Shown piece after piece: positions 28,850 through 38,827 of a stretch of DNA of 64,000 nt. Position 1 is the first letter of the stretch. Each line of letters begins with the position of its first letter. The notes beneath the pieces are model-generated. The model was not told the origin of the DNA and did not search any database. It saw nothing but the letters and a program-made list of their open reading frames with translations. Source of the DNA: Candidatus Daviesbacteria bacterium (GTDB lineage: Bacteria > Patescibacteriota > Microgenomatia > Daviesbacterales > UBA10151); NCBI GenBank assembly GCA_016176335.1, contig JACOXI010000003.1, positions 6,920 to 70,919 of the forward strand. Direction: 5' to 3'. Both the position numbers and the translations under genes were made by a program.

Positions 28850-29383
28850 CTATTTTAGCATACCTTGTCTTTTGGCTAATCTTTTCTTGAATAGATTTTC
28901 TCTAAAACCACCTTCCCTCACAAATTTTTCTTCTAACCACCTCAGTTTTTGGTCAAGCAAACGGTTGGTTTGGTTAATGAGGCAGATAATGGCATTAGCT
29001 GCTTGTTCTGGGTTTTCAATATAATTTTTATAATCGTTATAACTATTATAATTGTTATAAACTAAGCTTCTTACTTTTTTAGCCTCTGGGGAATCCTTTT
29101 CCCAAAGTTTTAACCCCCTCTGCCTTAAAAAATCCAAATAATCATTTAAAAGTTCTTCTAAACTTCCCCTTGCTACTCCTAAAAGTTTAATTCTTCCTTC
29201 CAGGCTTTTTTGCAGATAACCTTCAGGAATATTTTGTTTTCCGGATCTGGCAGCCTGTTCCATCTGATCTTTAGTCCTGGATTTATAATCAATGTATCTT
29301 TTAACAAACTCAACAGTGAAGTCATAAATAATCTCAGCTTGTTTGAAGAAAGGAAGAGATTTGTAACCACCGGTTTGATTCAT
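28850..29383 (-). CDS. Four helix bundle protein with suffix domain (TIGR04258 type)
   Basis: DQMEQAARSGKQNIPEG, VARGSLEELLNDY, FVREGGFRENL. Confidence 0.9.
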   Translation of the reverse strand: MNQTGGYKSLPFFKQAEIIYDFTVEFVKRYIDYKSRTKDQMEQAARSGKQNIPEGYLQKSLEGRIKLLGVARGSLEELLNDYLDFLRQRGLKLWEKDSPEAKKVRSLVYNNYNSYNDYKNYIENPEQAANAIICLINQTNRLLDQKLRWLEEKFVREGGFRENLFKKRLAKRQGMLK

Positions 29384-29422
29384 ATAACCGTTATAATTTT
29401 TATAATTATTATAACTTTTATA
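29384..29422. repeat. 9-mer TATAA-type tandem array
   Basis: ATAACCGTT/ATAATTTTT/ATAATTATT/ATAACTTTT; same motif at 29021-29060 and 17905-17937. Confidence 0.7.
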
Positions 29423-29424
29423 TT

Positions 29425-31158
29425 CTACTTTCTAAACTGCAGTTTGTACATTTCCATCAGCTCTTTCAGGGTGGTGGCATCTTCGGCCTTCTTGTCTGCT
29501 TCCCTAAATTTGACCAATCTGGGAAAACGCAGGGCCAGACCGGCCGTATGAAGCGGGCTTTTAGTGATCTCATCTGCCAGAACCTCAATCACAATCTTTG
29601 GTTCCACCCACACACTGGGAGTAATCAATGACCTTACTCTGGCTGGTTTACTTTTAACCTTCAACTTCTCACCTTTAACTTTTATCTCTCTCCACTCTTC
29701 ATCTGTCAACCCTGTCCCAATTTTGGAAACTGTTACAAACTCATCTTTGTCCTGATCATAAACTCCCACGAGGAGCGCTCCTGCTCCAAAAGCAGATCTT
29801 TTACCTTTACCAAAAATATATCCTAAAATCACACAATCTATGGTATCTTTTAACTCTCCGTCAGAGTGTCTTTTTAACTTGACCCAGTTAAAATTCCTGG
29901 CCCCTGCCTCATACTTGGAAGTAGGCCTTTTGACAATTAACCCTTCCAAACCCTTAGTCAGTGCGTCATCAAAAAGCTCCTGTATCCTTTCCACTGAATC
30001 TGTGATCTCTCCTGGCTGCGGAATTAAAACTTCGTGTCCCTTAATTCTTGATTCTAACTGCTTGATTCTTACTTTAAGAGGCAAATCCATTAAAGATTGG
30101 TCATCCAAATACATCACATCAAATACAAATGCCTTAAGCGGTAATTTTACAGCCATCTCCTCTATTCCGTACTTACGACGCCTTTTGGTGGTTTCCTGAA
30201 AAGGTAAAAACTCTTCAGACTGCGGATTAAAAGCCAAAGCTTCTGAATCTAAAATTGCAGTTTTTGCCGATACCTGAGATAAAACTCCTTTAATAATATC
30301 CGGAAACATAGGAGTTGTTTCTTCTAAATTTCTGGAAAAAAGTCTGACCTTGCTACCGTCTTTATGAATTTGTACCCTGAACCCATCGAATTTTTGTTGG
30401 ACATGGGCTTTCCCTCCATATTTTTCCAAAATGGTTTTGGCATCAGGTAATCTTTCTGCAAGTTGTGATCTAATTGGCCTTCCCACAGTTACATCCAAAC
30501 CTTGAACTCCCCGAAGTCCCTGACTCCACAAAACCTCCCCAATCAAACCTAAATCAGACACTTTATTATATGCACCTTCCAAAAGCTTTCTTTTACTTTT
30601 ATCACCCAATTTAGACTTGGCAAAAGCATCCATAATAGTGGGATCACCAATTCCTAACCTTGAGGTTCCCAAAGGGATTCGTACCAGGTGTTTGGCAGAA
30701 ACTCCATCCACTTTATTCAAAAGACTAGAAAGAGCTGTAACCTTCTTTTCAACAGCCCCTTCCCCTGTGGTTTTGGCAATTTCTGTTAAAGTTTTAAAGA
30801 CTTCTGCAACTGACAGAGATCCTTCGACTCTCCCTCGACTAGCTCGGGATCGCTCAGGATGGCTCGCAAATTTGCTCGCCACTATCCCCAAATCCCCTAA
30901 CCTCCCATACTCTTTCAGTACTTGCTCACGTTCTACCCCATAAGCCCGGGCCATTGCTTGAGCAACTAATTTTTCGCTCATCCCAATCTCAATTGGTTCA
31001 TAAAAAGGGGCCACCCGTCCTTGCAGTAAATAAACAACCTCCGCTATTTCACGAGACTTTACTTCATCAAAAAGCTTGGACATGATATCAATAAGCGTAA
31101 GGCGGGAAGAGGTTGATTCTAAATTTTCAAAATACTGCGCCAGTTTACCAAATGTCAT
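29425..31158 (-). CDS. ATP-dependent DNA ligase
   Basis: KFDGFRVQIH, EGLIVK, WVKLK, LRFPR. Confidence 0.95.
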   Translation of the reverse strand: MTFGKLAQYFENLESTSSRLTLIDIMSKLFDEVKSREIAEVVYLLQGRVAPFYEPIEIGMSEKLVAQAMARAYGVEREQVLKEYGRLGDLGIVASKFASHPERSRASRGRVEGSLSVAEVFKTLTEIAKTTGEGAVEKKVTALSSLLNKVDGVSAKHLVRIPLGTSRLGIGDPTIMDAFAKSKLGDKSKRKLLEGAYNKVSDLGLIGEVLWSQGLRGVQGLDVTVGRPIRSQLAERLPDAKTILEKYGGKAHVQQKFDGFRVQIHKDGSKVRLFSRNLEETTPMFPDIIKGVLSQVSAKTAILDSEALAFNPQSEEFLPFQETTKRRRKYGIEEMAVKLPLKAFVFDVMYLDDQSLMDLPLKVRIKQLESRIKGHEVLIPQPGEITDSVERIQELFDDALTKGLEGLIVKRPTSKYEAGARNFNWVKLKRHSDGELKDTIDCVILGYIFGKGKRSAFGAGALLVGVYDQDKDEFVTVSKIGTGLTDEEWREIKVKGEKLKVKSKPARVRSLITPSVWVEPKIVIEVLADEITKSPLHTAGLALRFPRLVKFREADKKAEDATTLKELMEMYKLQFRK

Positions 31159-31186
31159 ATTTGGATTGTAGTAGATTCAGATGATC

Positions 31187-31214
31187 TTGACAAGCAGAAT
31201 TGCTCTTGTAAAAT
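31187..31214 (+). promoter_or_regulatory. Sigma70 promoter
   Basis: TTGACA-16-TAAAAT. Confidence 0.55.
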
Positions 31215-31222
31215 TACCCTCT

Positions 31223-31708
31223 ATGCTTTATCCTGAGGGAGAGATGGAACAGACACCAAAACAACCTCCCACAGCTGAGGGGCCTAAACTTCCTCAAACT
31301 GAAGAAGAGCTGAATCAAATACTTAATACTGCCCGTAGAGCAGGTGCCATAGCGGCTATTAACTCCATACACGAGGAGATAGCACAAACACTTAGCACTA
31401 ATACAGGATATATGGAACTAATTCAATTGGGGTTAGCTAGGGCTGCTGCAACTGGAGGTTTTACTCGGCAAAACTTTAGACCGATACTTCAGTATCTTGA
31501 GGAAATCTTGAATGCTGGAAAAAAAGAAGTAACAATCCTCTTAAAATATAAACAAGCGGCAGTAGAGGGGAGAATCAATTTTGCTGAAATTGGTAGTGAT
31601 CCACAAAGTAGATTACAGGTTTTGGATATTCATCCCCAGGTTCAACCATCGTCAACAACTCAAGATGTTTCACCAGCGAATCCTAGCTCTCCTTTAACAC
31701 ATAAATAG
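31223..31708 (+). CDS. Hypothetical protein
   Basis: ORF downstream of a promoter; start 31223 or 31244. Confidence 0.55.
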   Translation: MLYPEGEMEQTPKQPPTAEGPKLPQTEEELNQILNTARRAGAIAAINSIHEEIAQTLSTNTGYMELIQLGLARAAATGGFTRQNFRPILQYLEEILNAGKKEVTILLKYKQAAVEGRINFAEIGSDPQSRLQVLDIHPQVQPSSTTQDVSPANPSSPLTHK

Positions 31709-31738
31709 CTTTTTTGGTGCCGCCGGACTTTTTAACCA
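31692..31738. repeat. 47-bp direct repeat of the fic 3-prime end
   Basis: 46/47 identical to 32330-32376. Confidence 0.9.
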
Positions 31739-31739
31739 T

Positions 31740-32033
31740 TTATTTAGGCTTTTGATTTTTTAAATTCTCCTGCAGTTTTTCCATTAACCACATACGGGCT
31801 AAAGTGGAGAGGTTTAAACCCATGCTTCTGGCAAATTTATCCAAACTCTCTTTAACTTGTTTTTGTACTCTTAAAACAATAGCTTCGTCCCTAGGTTTAT
31901 TGAGTTCAAAAATAATGTCTACATCTTTAAACTCATCCCAGTAATCTCCCAAATCATGCGTATCCCACCAGTTTGCTTCTTCTTTGTAAGTCATTTTATT
32001 GAAATCAGGCAATCTGCTTTTTTTCTTTTTCAT
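31740..32033 (-). CDS. CopG/BrnA-like antitoxin
   Basis: EEANWWDTHD, then ribbon-helix-helix-like LNLSTLARMWLMEKL. Confidence 0.8.
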   Translation of the reverse strand: MKKKKSRLPDFNKMTYKEEANWWDTHDLGDYWDEFKDVDIIFELNKPRDEAIVLRVQKQVKESLDKFARSMGLNLSTLARMWLMEKLQENLKNQKPK

Positions 32034-32292
32034 AAATTTTTCTCCTTTCTTTTTTAGCTGCATCTCTCGCAGTTACCGGATAATAAATTCCAGTTTCTTT
32101 TCTATTTATAATTACAGTTAAAATTCTTGATCCAACCCTACCAATTATTAAATATCTCCCCTGTTTAGTACCCTCATGAGCTATTACATTTTTAGATACA
32201 TCTTCAATCTCTTGTTGAGAAACATTATGTTTTTTAATATGCTCTCTATTCCACTCATCCCAAATCAGTTTCCTAACAATGATTCTAGTCAT
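32005..32292 (-). CDS. BrnT-like toxin
   Basis: WDEWNREHIKKHNVS, RYLIIG, VTARD..KERRKIY. Confidence 0.82.
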   Translation of the reverse strand: MTRIIVRKLIWDEWNREHIKKHNVSQQEIEDVSKNVIAHEGTKQGRYLIIGRVGSRILTVIINRKETGIYYPVTARDAAKKERRKIYEKEKKQIA

Positions 32293-32326
32293 TATTGTAT
32301 TACACTATTATACATTTGTCAACTGC

Positions 32327-33403
32327 TTACTTTAACACATAAATCGCTTTTTTGGTGCCGCCGGACTTTTTAACCAAACCCTTTTGACGCAAAAATTTAA
32401 GTTCCCGCAGCACTGTATCATCAGAATGATCCGGGAAAATTTTCCTAAAATCCTTATTGGACATTCCCTTGTGCCTGTGGATATATTCCATAATCATCAT
32501 CTGCCTCTCATTTAAGGCCACCTGCTCCCCCAGCTTATCTTTAATCCTGGCATCAGTGGAAATTCTTTGAACCTTTTCCTTAACTCTGTTTAACTCTATT
32601 GCCACACCCTGGGTAAAATACTCCAGCCAGGGAGTTAAATCCCTCTCATGTGTATCTAGTACAAGCTGGTTTGATACAGCTTGTAATGTTAAGTAATAGT
32701 CCATAGGGTTTTCATCAAAATACTCTTCAAATGAGAAAAATTTTCTAATGTCGTAATTATCCAAAAACATCACCAGTGTGGCAACTGCTCTTGCCACTCT
32801 GCCGTTTCCATCAACAAAAGGGTGAATCCTGGCAATTTCATAATGAATAATTCCTGCTTTAATGACCGGGTGGGTACTTTTTCCCTCATCAGAGTTGATC
32901 CAATTAACCACATCCTCAATTTGATATGGCACCTCAACTGCCGGAGGAGGCGTGTAAGATACTTGTCCGGTTTTGGTATTGCGGATTACTACCTGACGCA
33001 GCCTAAACTTACCGCATGACTCCGGAGGCAAGATTTTGTCTGTTGTCAGCTTGTGAATTTCCAAAATTGTTTCAAGTGTAAAATTATATGCACCGGAAGT
33101 GCCGATTTGGGCTTGCACCGCATCAATAAATTTTAAGACATTTCTGTAATTTATTATCTCCCAAACATCTCTATCCCGGGCAATTACTTCTTGTCCGTCT
33201 AAAACATCCCTAACTTCTTCCTCTGACAGCGGATTTCCTTCAAGATGAGTTCCGTGGTGAACTGTCCGCTCTATGGCCTCTTTTCTAAATTTTGCCTCCC
33301 AGGCAGGTATCAGCGGAGCATTCATAATAACTTCTCTCGCAGCCTCAACAATACCTATGTCTTTGAGGATTTTATTGGTAATTGTATACTTGGGAATAAA
33401 CAT
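32327..33403 (-). CDS. Fic family protein with C-terminal winged HTH
   Basis: HPFVDGNGRVAR. Confidence 0.95.
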   Translation of the reverse strand: MFIPKYTITNKILKDIGIVEAAREVIMNAPLIPAWEAKFRKEAIERTVHHGTHLEGNPLSEEEVRDVLDGQEVIARDRDVWEIINYRNVLKFIDAVQAQIGTSGAYNFTLETILEIHKLTTDKILPPESCGKFRLRQVVIRNTKTGQVSYTPPPAVEVPYQIEDVVNWINSDEGKSTHPVIKAGIIHYEIARIHPFVDGNGRVARAVATLVMFLDNYDIRKFFSFEEYFDENPMDYYLTLQAVSNQLVLDTHERDLTPWLEYFTQGVAIELNRVKEKVQRISTDARIKDKLGEQVALNERQMMIMEYIHRHKGMSNKDFRKIFPDHSDDTVLRELKFLRQKGLVKKSGGTKKAIYVLK

Positions 33404-33408
33404 GATTA

Positions 33409-33487
33409 TAGCTATCAGTCTTCAGCTATCAGCTTTCAGACTGTACCTAAAAATGTCTGACGACTGACGACTGAAAGCCGACGACTA
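33409..33487. repeat. Empty heptamer cassette, intergenic
   Basis: TCAG-type arm, 13-nt loop, CTGA-type arm; 22 nt identical to 42360-42381. Confidence 0.85.
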
Positions 33488-33521
33488 CTTCAATTTTCGC
33501 ATATTTCCCGCAAAATTCCAA

Positions 33522-36500
33522 CTAAGGAATGACATATTCATCCCAACTTTTGATCTGTAAATCTGCTATTTTTTTGGAAGACAAACTTGATACTAATAAT
33601 TCTGCAGCTTGAAGATTGGTGATAAGCGGAATTCCCAAATCAATACAATGCCTTCTTATCACAAATCCATCCGTTTCTCCTTTGGAAGATCCTCCCACGG
33701 AGATATTGATGGCAAGATCAATATGACCTGCTTTCAGTAAGTCCAAAACCGACGGATGTTTTTTCTCTGAAATTTTGTAAACTCTTATACTACTTATTCT
33801 ATGCTGTTTTAAAAACTGATGTGTGTGTTCTGTGGCATAAATTTTAAATCCTAAACCGAAGAGCAGTTTGGCAGATTCCAGAAAATCCAGCTTATTTTTC
33901 TCTCCCCCAAGTCCCAAAAATACACTTTTCTTTGGCATTTTAAAGCCGGTTGCCAGCAGTGCTTTAAGATAGCCTTCCTCTAAGTCATCACCAAAACAGG
34001 CCACCTCACCGGTTGAGGACATCTCTACTCTTAACCTGGGATCTGCTCCTTTTATTCTGTTAAAAGAAAATTGAGGAGCCTTAACTGCTACATAATCCAA
34101 ATCTATAGTTTTAAAATCTCCCTGAATGTCCTCTCCAAGCATGACTTTTGTTGCCATCTCCACCAAGTTGTAACCGGTAACTTTGGAGACAAACGGGAAG
34201 GACCTCGAGGCTCTTAAATTAAGCTCGATCACTTTAATCTCATTATCTTTGGCTATAAATTGAATGTTGAACGGACCACAAATCTTAAGTTCTCTTAGAA
34301 TCTTTTTTGTAGCCTCTTTGATCTGTCTGACAGTTTCAAGGTAGAGTTTTTGCGGAGGCAAAACCAGCGTTGCATCACCGGAGTGAACCCCGGCATTTTC
34401 AACATGCTCTGATATGGCATAAATTAAAAGATTCCCGTTTACTCCTACTCCGTCAATTTCAATCTCTTTGGCGCCCTCCACAAATTTGGAGATAACAACA
34501 GGATGCTCACTTAAAATATCCGCTGCCTGTTTTAGATATTTTTTAAGCTCAGAAGAAGAGTAAGCAACATTCATGGCAGAGCCTGACAAAACATATGAGG
34601 GTCTGATCAAAACAGGGTAGCCAATTTTTCTTGCAAACTCTAGAGCATCACCCAAACTTTTAAGACTCATCCAGGCAGGTTGTTCAATGTTTAACTTATC
34701 CAAAATTTTGGAGAATTTATGCCTATCTTCTGCTCTGTCTATAGAAATAGGTGAGGTGCCGATAATTTTGTAGCCTGCTTTGTAACATTTTAAAGCTAGG
34801 TTGTTTGGAACTTGTCCACCAAAGCCCAAAACTAAACTGCCTTTTTCAATATCATAAATATCGGACACTCTCTCGAAAGTTAATTCTTCAAAGTATAATT
34901 TATCGGCCAAATCATAATCTGTGGAAACAGTTTCCGGGTTACAATTTATGATGATTGTTTCCAAACCTCTCTGCCTTAAGGTTTGTGCAGCGGTAACGCA
35001 GCACCAATCAAACTCCACTGACGAACCAATACTGTATGGTCCGGAACCTAAAACAATCGCTTGGTCCTTGAGTAGCTTAGGTGACTTAAGTGACTTAATA
35101 TTTGCCTCTGACTCTTCACCATGATAGGTCAAATATAAATAATTGGTCTTTGCCGGAAATTCTGCTGCCAAAGTATCTATGTGCTTGACCTTTGGGATAA
35201 TGCCATGTTTTTTTCTAAATTTCCTGACCTGTTCTTCTGTTGTGTTAAAAGCTTTTGCAATCACTCTATCTGAAAAACCCAGCTTCTTTGCTTTTGCAAT
35301 CGTCTGATTGCTCGCCTCGCTGAAGCTCTGGCGAAGCGGGCTGAAAGCTGAAGGCTGAAGGCTATCTTCAAACTCCGCCATCTCTTTAATTTGATGCAAA
35401 AACCAGGGATCAATGCCTGTTTCCTGATAAATTTTCTCGACACCCTCTCCTTTTGAAAACTCTTTGGCAATTGAGAAAAGTCTTTGTGATGTGGGAAGGA
35501 GTGTGCTACTATCAACTCCGTTTGATAAGCCGTCTTGCCCTATCTCCAGCATTCTAATAGCTTTTTGCAAGGCCTCCGGAAAAGACCTGCCTATTGCCAT
35601 GACCTCCCCCACACTTTTCATCTCCGATCCGATAGCCTCATACGCCCCCACAAATTTTTGTAAATCCCATCTGGGAATTTTAACCACAATATAATCCAAA
35701 GCAGGCTCAAAAAAAGCAGAAGTTGATAGGGTGATCCTGTTTTTTAAGTTGGGTAAGTTGTAACCCAAAGCTATTTTGGCAGCGATATATGCTAAAGGGT
35801 AACCAGTTGCTTTTGAGGCTAAAGCCGATGAGCGGGATAGCCTGGCATTAACTTCAATTACCCGGTAATCATTATTTCGGGGATTTAGGGCAAATTGAAT
35901 ATTACACTCCCCCAAGATCCCCAAATGCTCAATAACCTGCAAAGACAGTCTTCTTAAGAAGTGGTACTGATAATTGTTTAAGGTTTGTGATGGTGCAACA
36001 ACTATACTTTCACCGGTGTGAACCCCCATTGGATCCAAGTTCTCCATATTACAAACAGTAATCTTGTTTCCATTGTTATCTCGGACAACCTCATATTCAA
36101 TCTCTTTCCAGTGTTTTAAATACTCTTCAACAGTAATTTGGGGGACATGTTTTAAGGTGATTGACACCATTTTTACTAAATCTTCCTTATTACTCACCAC
36201 CCCTGATCCCAAACCTCCCAAGGAAAAACCTGATCTGACAAGAAGGGGGAACCCCAAATTTTCAGCAATTTCTTCTGCTTCTTTGACGGTTTTTGCAAAT
36301 CCACCTTTTGGAACTTTAACAGCAATTTTTGAAAGTGCTTTTGCAAACAATTCCCTATCTTCGGTTACTTCAATACTTCTAATCGGTGTTCCTAAAACTT
36401 TTACACCGTATTTTTTAAATATATCTTTTTTATCTAAAGCAAGGCCGCAATTTAAAGCAGTCTGTCCCCCGAATGAAAGGAAAATTCCATCAGGTTTTTC

Positions 36501-36722
36501 TTTTTCAATGACCTTTGTCACAAAATATGGAGTAACAGGCAGAAAGTAGATTTTATTGGCTAGACTTTTAGAAGTTTGGATGGTGGCAATATTAGGGTTG
36601 ATTAGTACAGCCTCCACACTCTCTTCTTTTAAAGCTTTTAAAGCTTGTGAACCGGAGTAATCAAATTCTCCGGCCTCACCGATTTTTAATGCCCCAGAGC
36701 CCAAAATAAGAATCTTTTTCAT
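33522..36722 (-). CDS. carB: Carbamoyl-phosphate synthase large subunit
   Basis: GEAGEFDYSG, two ATP-grasp halves, MGS domain. Confidence 0.97.
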   Translation of the reverse strand: MKKILILGSGALKIGEAGEFDYSGSQALKALKEESVEAVLINPNIATIQTSKSLANKIYFLPVTPYFVTKVIEKEKPDGIFLSFGGQTALNCGLALDKKDIFKKYGVKVLGTPIRSIEVTEDRELFAKALSKIAVKVPKGGFAKTVKEAEEIAENLGFPLLVRSGFSLGGLGSGVVSNKEDLVKMVSITLKHVPQITVEEYLKHWKEIEYEVVRDNNGNKITVCNMENLDPMGVHTGESIVVAPSQTLNNYQYHFLRRLSLQVIEHLGILGECNIQFALNPRNNDYRVIEVNARLSRSSALASKATGYPLAYIAAKIALGYNLPNLKNRITLSTSAFFEPALDYIVVKIPRWDLQKFVGAYEAIGSEMKSVGEVMAIGRSFPEALQKAIRMLEIGQDGLSNGVDSSTLLPTSQRLFSIAKEFSKGEGVEKIYQETGIDPWFLHQIKEMAEFEDSLQPSAFSPLRQSFSEASNQTIAKAKKLGFSDRVIAKAFNTTEEQVRKFRKKHGIIPKVKHIDTLAAEFPAKTNYLYLTYHGEESEANIKSLKSPKLLKDQAIVLGSGPYSIGSSVEFDWCCVTAAQTLRQRGLETIIINCNPETVSTDYDLADKLYFEELTFERVSDIYDIEKGSLVLGFGGQVPNNLALKCYKAGYKIIGTSPISIDRAEDRHKFSKILDKLNIEQPAWMSLKSLGDALEFARKIGYPVLIRPSYVLSGSAMNVAYSSSELKKYLKQAADILSEHPVVISKFVEGAKEIEIDGVGVNGNLLIYAISEHVENAGVHSGDATLVLPPQKLYLETVRQIKEATKKILRELKICGPFNIQFIAKDNEIKVIELNLRASRSFPFVSKVTGYNLVEMATKVMLGEDIQGDFKTIDLDYVAVKAPQFSFNRIKGADPRLRVEMSSTGEVACFGDDLEEGYLKALLATGFKMPKKSVFLGLGGEKNKLDFLESAKLLFGLGFKIYATEHTHQFLKQHRISSIRVYKISEKKHPSVLDLLKAGHIDLAINISVGGSSKGETDGFVIRRHCIDLGIPLITNLQAAELLVSSLSSKKIADLQIKSWDEYVIP

Positions 36723-36725
36723 AAG

Positions 36726-37781
36726 TTACTTAAGACACTTAATAAATTCATCAAATAAATAACCACCGTCAAATGGACCCGGGTTTGCCTCCGGGTGAAA
36801 TTGAACGGCCATAAATGGCTTTGTTTGATGTTTAATTCCCTCATTTGTCCCATCATTGAGATTGATAAACCATTCACTCCAATCCCGACCTAAACTTTTC
36901 ATATCCACTGCAAAACCATGATTTTGAGCGGTTTGTATAGCAATTTTCCTAGTTTGATCTAGTACAGGCTGATTTTGACCCCTGTGACCATATTTTAACT
37001 TATAGGTGTTTCCGCCGGCTGCCAAAGATAAGATCTGGCTACCCAAACAGATACCAAAGATGGGAATGTTCTTTTTGAGGATTTTTCTGACATTTCCAAC
37101 AGTTTCTTTTGCCTGTTTTGGATCCCCGGGCCCATTTGAAATAAAAACTCCATCGAATTCTATTCCGGAGGTGATTGGATTAAAATCCCAGGGAACTTTT
37201 GTCACCTTAACTCCCCTTTTAACCAAGCTTCTGACAATATTTTCCTTAACCCCGCAATCAATCAGCACAATATTCTTTCTGCCGTCTCCATAAACTTCCA
37301 CTTTATCGCAACTGACGTATGGAAGCATGTTCTCTGAATTCGGATCATAGATGCTTAATTCTTTATTCTTGCTGCTTGATTCTAATTCTATTCTCCCCAA
37401 CATCACCCCGTGCTCTCTTAATTTTGCAGTTAAAGCTCTGGTATCAATCCCCTGCAAGGCCGGAATTTTCTCCTGCTTGAGCCACTCCCCCAAAGTTTTT
37501 TTCGACTCAAAATGAGAAGGATTTTCTATATAATTTTGCACAATCAATCCTTTAACCTGAATTTTTTTTGATTCCCAAAATTGCCTTTTTGGTACTCCGT
37601 AATTACCCTGCAGCGGATAAGTTAAACTTAAAATCTGTCCAAAATATGAAGGATCTGTCAAAGATTCCGGGTATCCTACCATACCGGTATTAAAAACCAC
37701 CTCTCCTGAGGTGGTAACCTCTGATCCAAAACTTTGCCCTAAAAAAACTGTCCCATCGGACAGAGCCAGTCTTCCCTGCAT
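36726..37781 (-). CDS. carA: Carbamoyl-phosphate synthase small subunit
   Basis: GEVVFNTGMVGY, SNGPGDP, GICLG, QFHPE. Confidence 0.97.
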   Translation of the reverse strand: MQGRLALSDGTVFLGQSFGSEVTTSGEVVFNTGMVGYPESLTDPSYFGQILSLTYPLQGNYGVPKRQFWESKKIQVKGLIVQNYIENPSHFESKKTLGEWLKQEKIPALQGIDTRALTAKLREHGVMLGRIELESSSKNKELSIYDPNSENMLPYVSCDKVEVYGDGRKNIVLIDCGVKENIVRSLVKRGVKVTKVPWDFNPITSGIEFDGVFISNGPGDPKQAKETVGNVRKILKKNIPIFGICLGSQILSLAAGGNTYKLKYGHRGQNQPVLDQTRKIAIQTAQNHGFAVDMKSLGRDWSEWFINLNDGTNEGIKHQTKPFMAVQFHPEANPGPFDGGYLFDEFIKCLK

Positions 37782-37800
37782 TGTTGCTCCTTTCTAATTT

Positions 37801-38730
37801 TTAAATCCTGCCAAGTATTAATGTCAACAGTGCCTCCCTAATATAAAGCCCATTTCTGGCTTGTTCAAAATAAATTGCGTTGGGGTGAGCGTCCAAAACA
37901 GAATCAATCTCGTTGACTCTAGGAAGCGGATGCATTAATTTCACTCCTCTATCCAGATATTTTTTAAAAGATGCATCCAAAATAAACTTATCTTTGATTT
38001 TTTTATACTCATTTAAATCCTTGAACCGTTCTTTTTGAATCCTGGTTTGATAAACAAAATCAGCTTTCAAATCTTCAGGAAGAACATCAAACTCTTCATA
38101 TTCAACTCCTCTCTTGTCCAAGACTTGCAAAAATTCATCCGGCATTCGAAGTGTAGGGTGCGAAATAAAAATTTGCTTAACTTTAAAATGAGACAGGGCC
38201 AAGGAAAGGGCATGAACAGTCCTGCCGTATTTTAAATCCCCCATCAGAGCAACGATGATTCCATCAAGTTTTCCTGCCTCTTTCATCATGGTGTAAAGGT
38301 CTAATATGGTTTGAGTGGGATGTTGGTTAGGACCATCCCCAGCATTAATAACTGGAATTTGCGCCAGATCTGCTGCCTCTTTAGCGGAACCTACTTTTGG
38401 GTGTCTTATGATTAGTACATCAGCATATGCATCCATAATTCTGATGGTGTCTGAAAAACTTTCTCCCTTGTGAATTGAAGTTGAATGCGGATCATTAAAG
38501 CCGATTATGCCCATGCCAATTTTTTGGGCTGCGGATTTAAAGGATTGCTCGGTGCGAGTGGACTGTTCAAAAAACAAAGTAGCGGCAATTTTCCCTTGTG
38601 CTATAGTGTAGTTAGATCTGTCTTTTTTGGCAAAAGCAGGGTCAAATTTTTTGGCAGATTTTAGAATATATAACAATTCCTCTTTGGAGAAATCATTTAT
38701 ATCTATTATGTCCCTTCCCTTAAAGTCCAT
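37801..38730 (-). CDS. pyrB: Aspartate carbamoyltransferase
   Basis: STRT, NAGDG, HPTQ, GDLKYGRTVH, HPLPR. Confidence 0.95.
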   Translation of the reverse strand: MDFKGRDIIDINDFSKEELLYILKSAKKFDPAFAKKDRSNYTIAQGKIAATLFFEQSTRTEQSFKSAAQKIGMGIIGFNDPHSTSIHKGESFSDTIRIMDAYADVLIIRHPKVGSAKEAADLAQIPVINAGDGPNQHPTQTILDLYTMMKEAGKLDGIIVALMGDLKYGRTVHALSLALSHFKVKQIFISHPTLRMPDEFLQVLDKRGVEYEEFDVLPEDLKADFVYQTRIQKERFKDLNEYKKIKDKFILDASFKKYLDRGVKLMHPLPRVNEIDSVLDAHPNAIYFEQARNGLYIREALLTLILGRI

Positions 38731-38757
38731 ATTGTTCCTCCGATTTAATCGGAGTTC

Positions 38758-38782
38758 AAAAAAAATCCGCCCCCTGGCGGAT
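38758..38782 (-). terminator. Intrinsic terminator/attenuator upstream of pyrB
   Basis: ATCCGCC-AGG-GGCGGAT followed by T8. Confidence 0.8.
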
Positions 38783-38785
38783 AAA

Positions 38786-38827
38786 CTAATACTTCAGATT
38801 TAATTCAAAAATCATTCTTTTTTGCAT
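38786..38827 (-). CDS. Candidate leader peptide MQKRMIFELNLKY
   Basis: Lies between a consensus promoter and the terminator; stop 3 nt before the hairpin. Confidence 0.4.
   Translation of the reverse strand: MQKRMIFELNLKY

Noticed and set aside
33409-33487. CRISPR array
   Set aside because: Units are 7 nt with no spacers; no cas genes in the window
36064-36549. Long antisense ORF in carB, and similar shadow ORFs throughout
   Set aside because: Fully contained in well-supported genes; expected from codon bias
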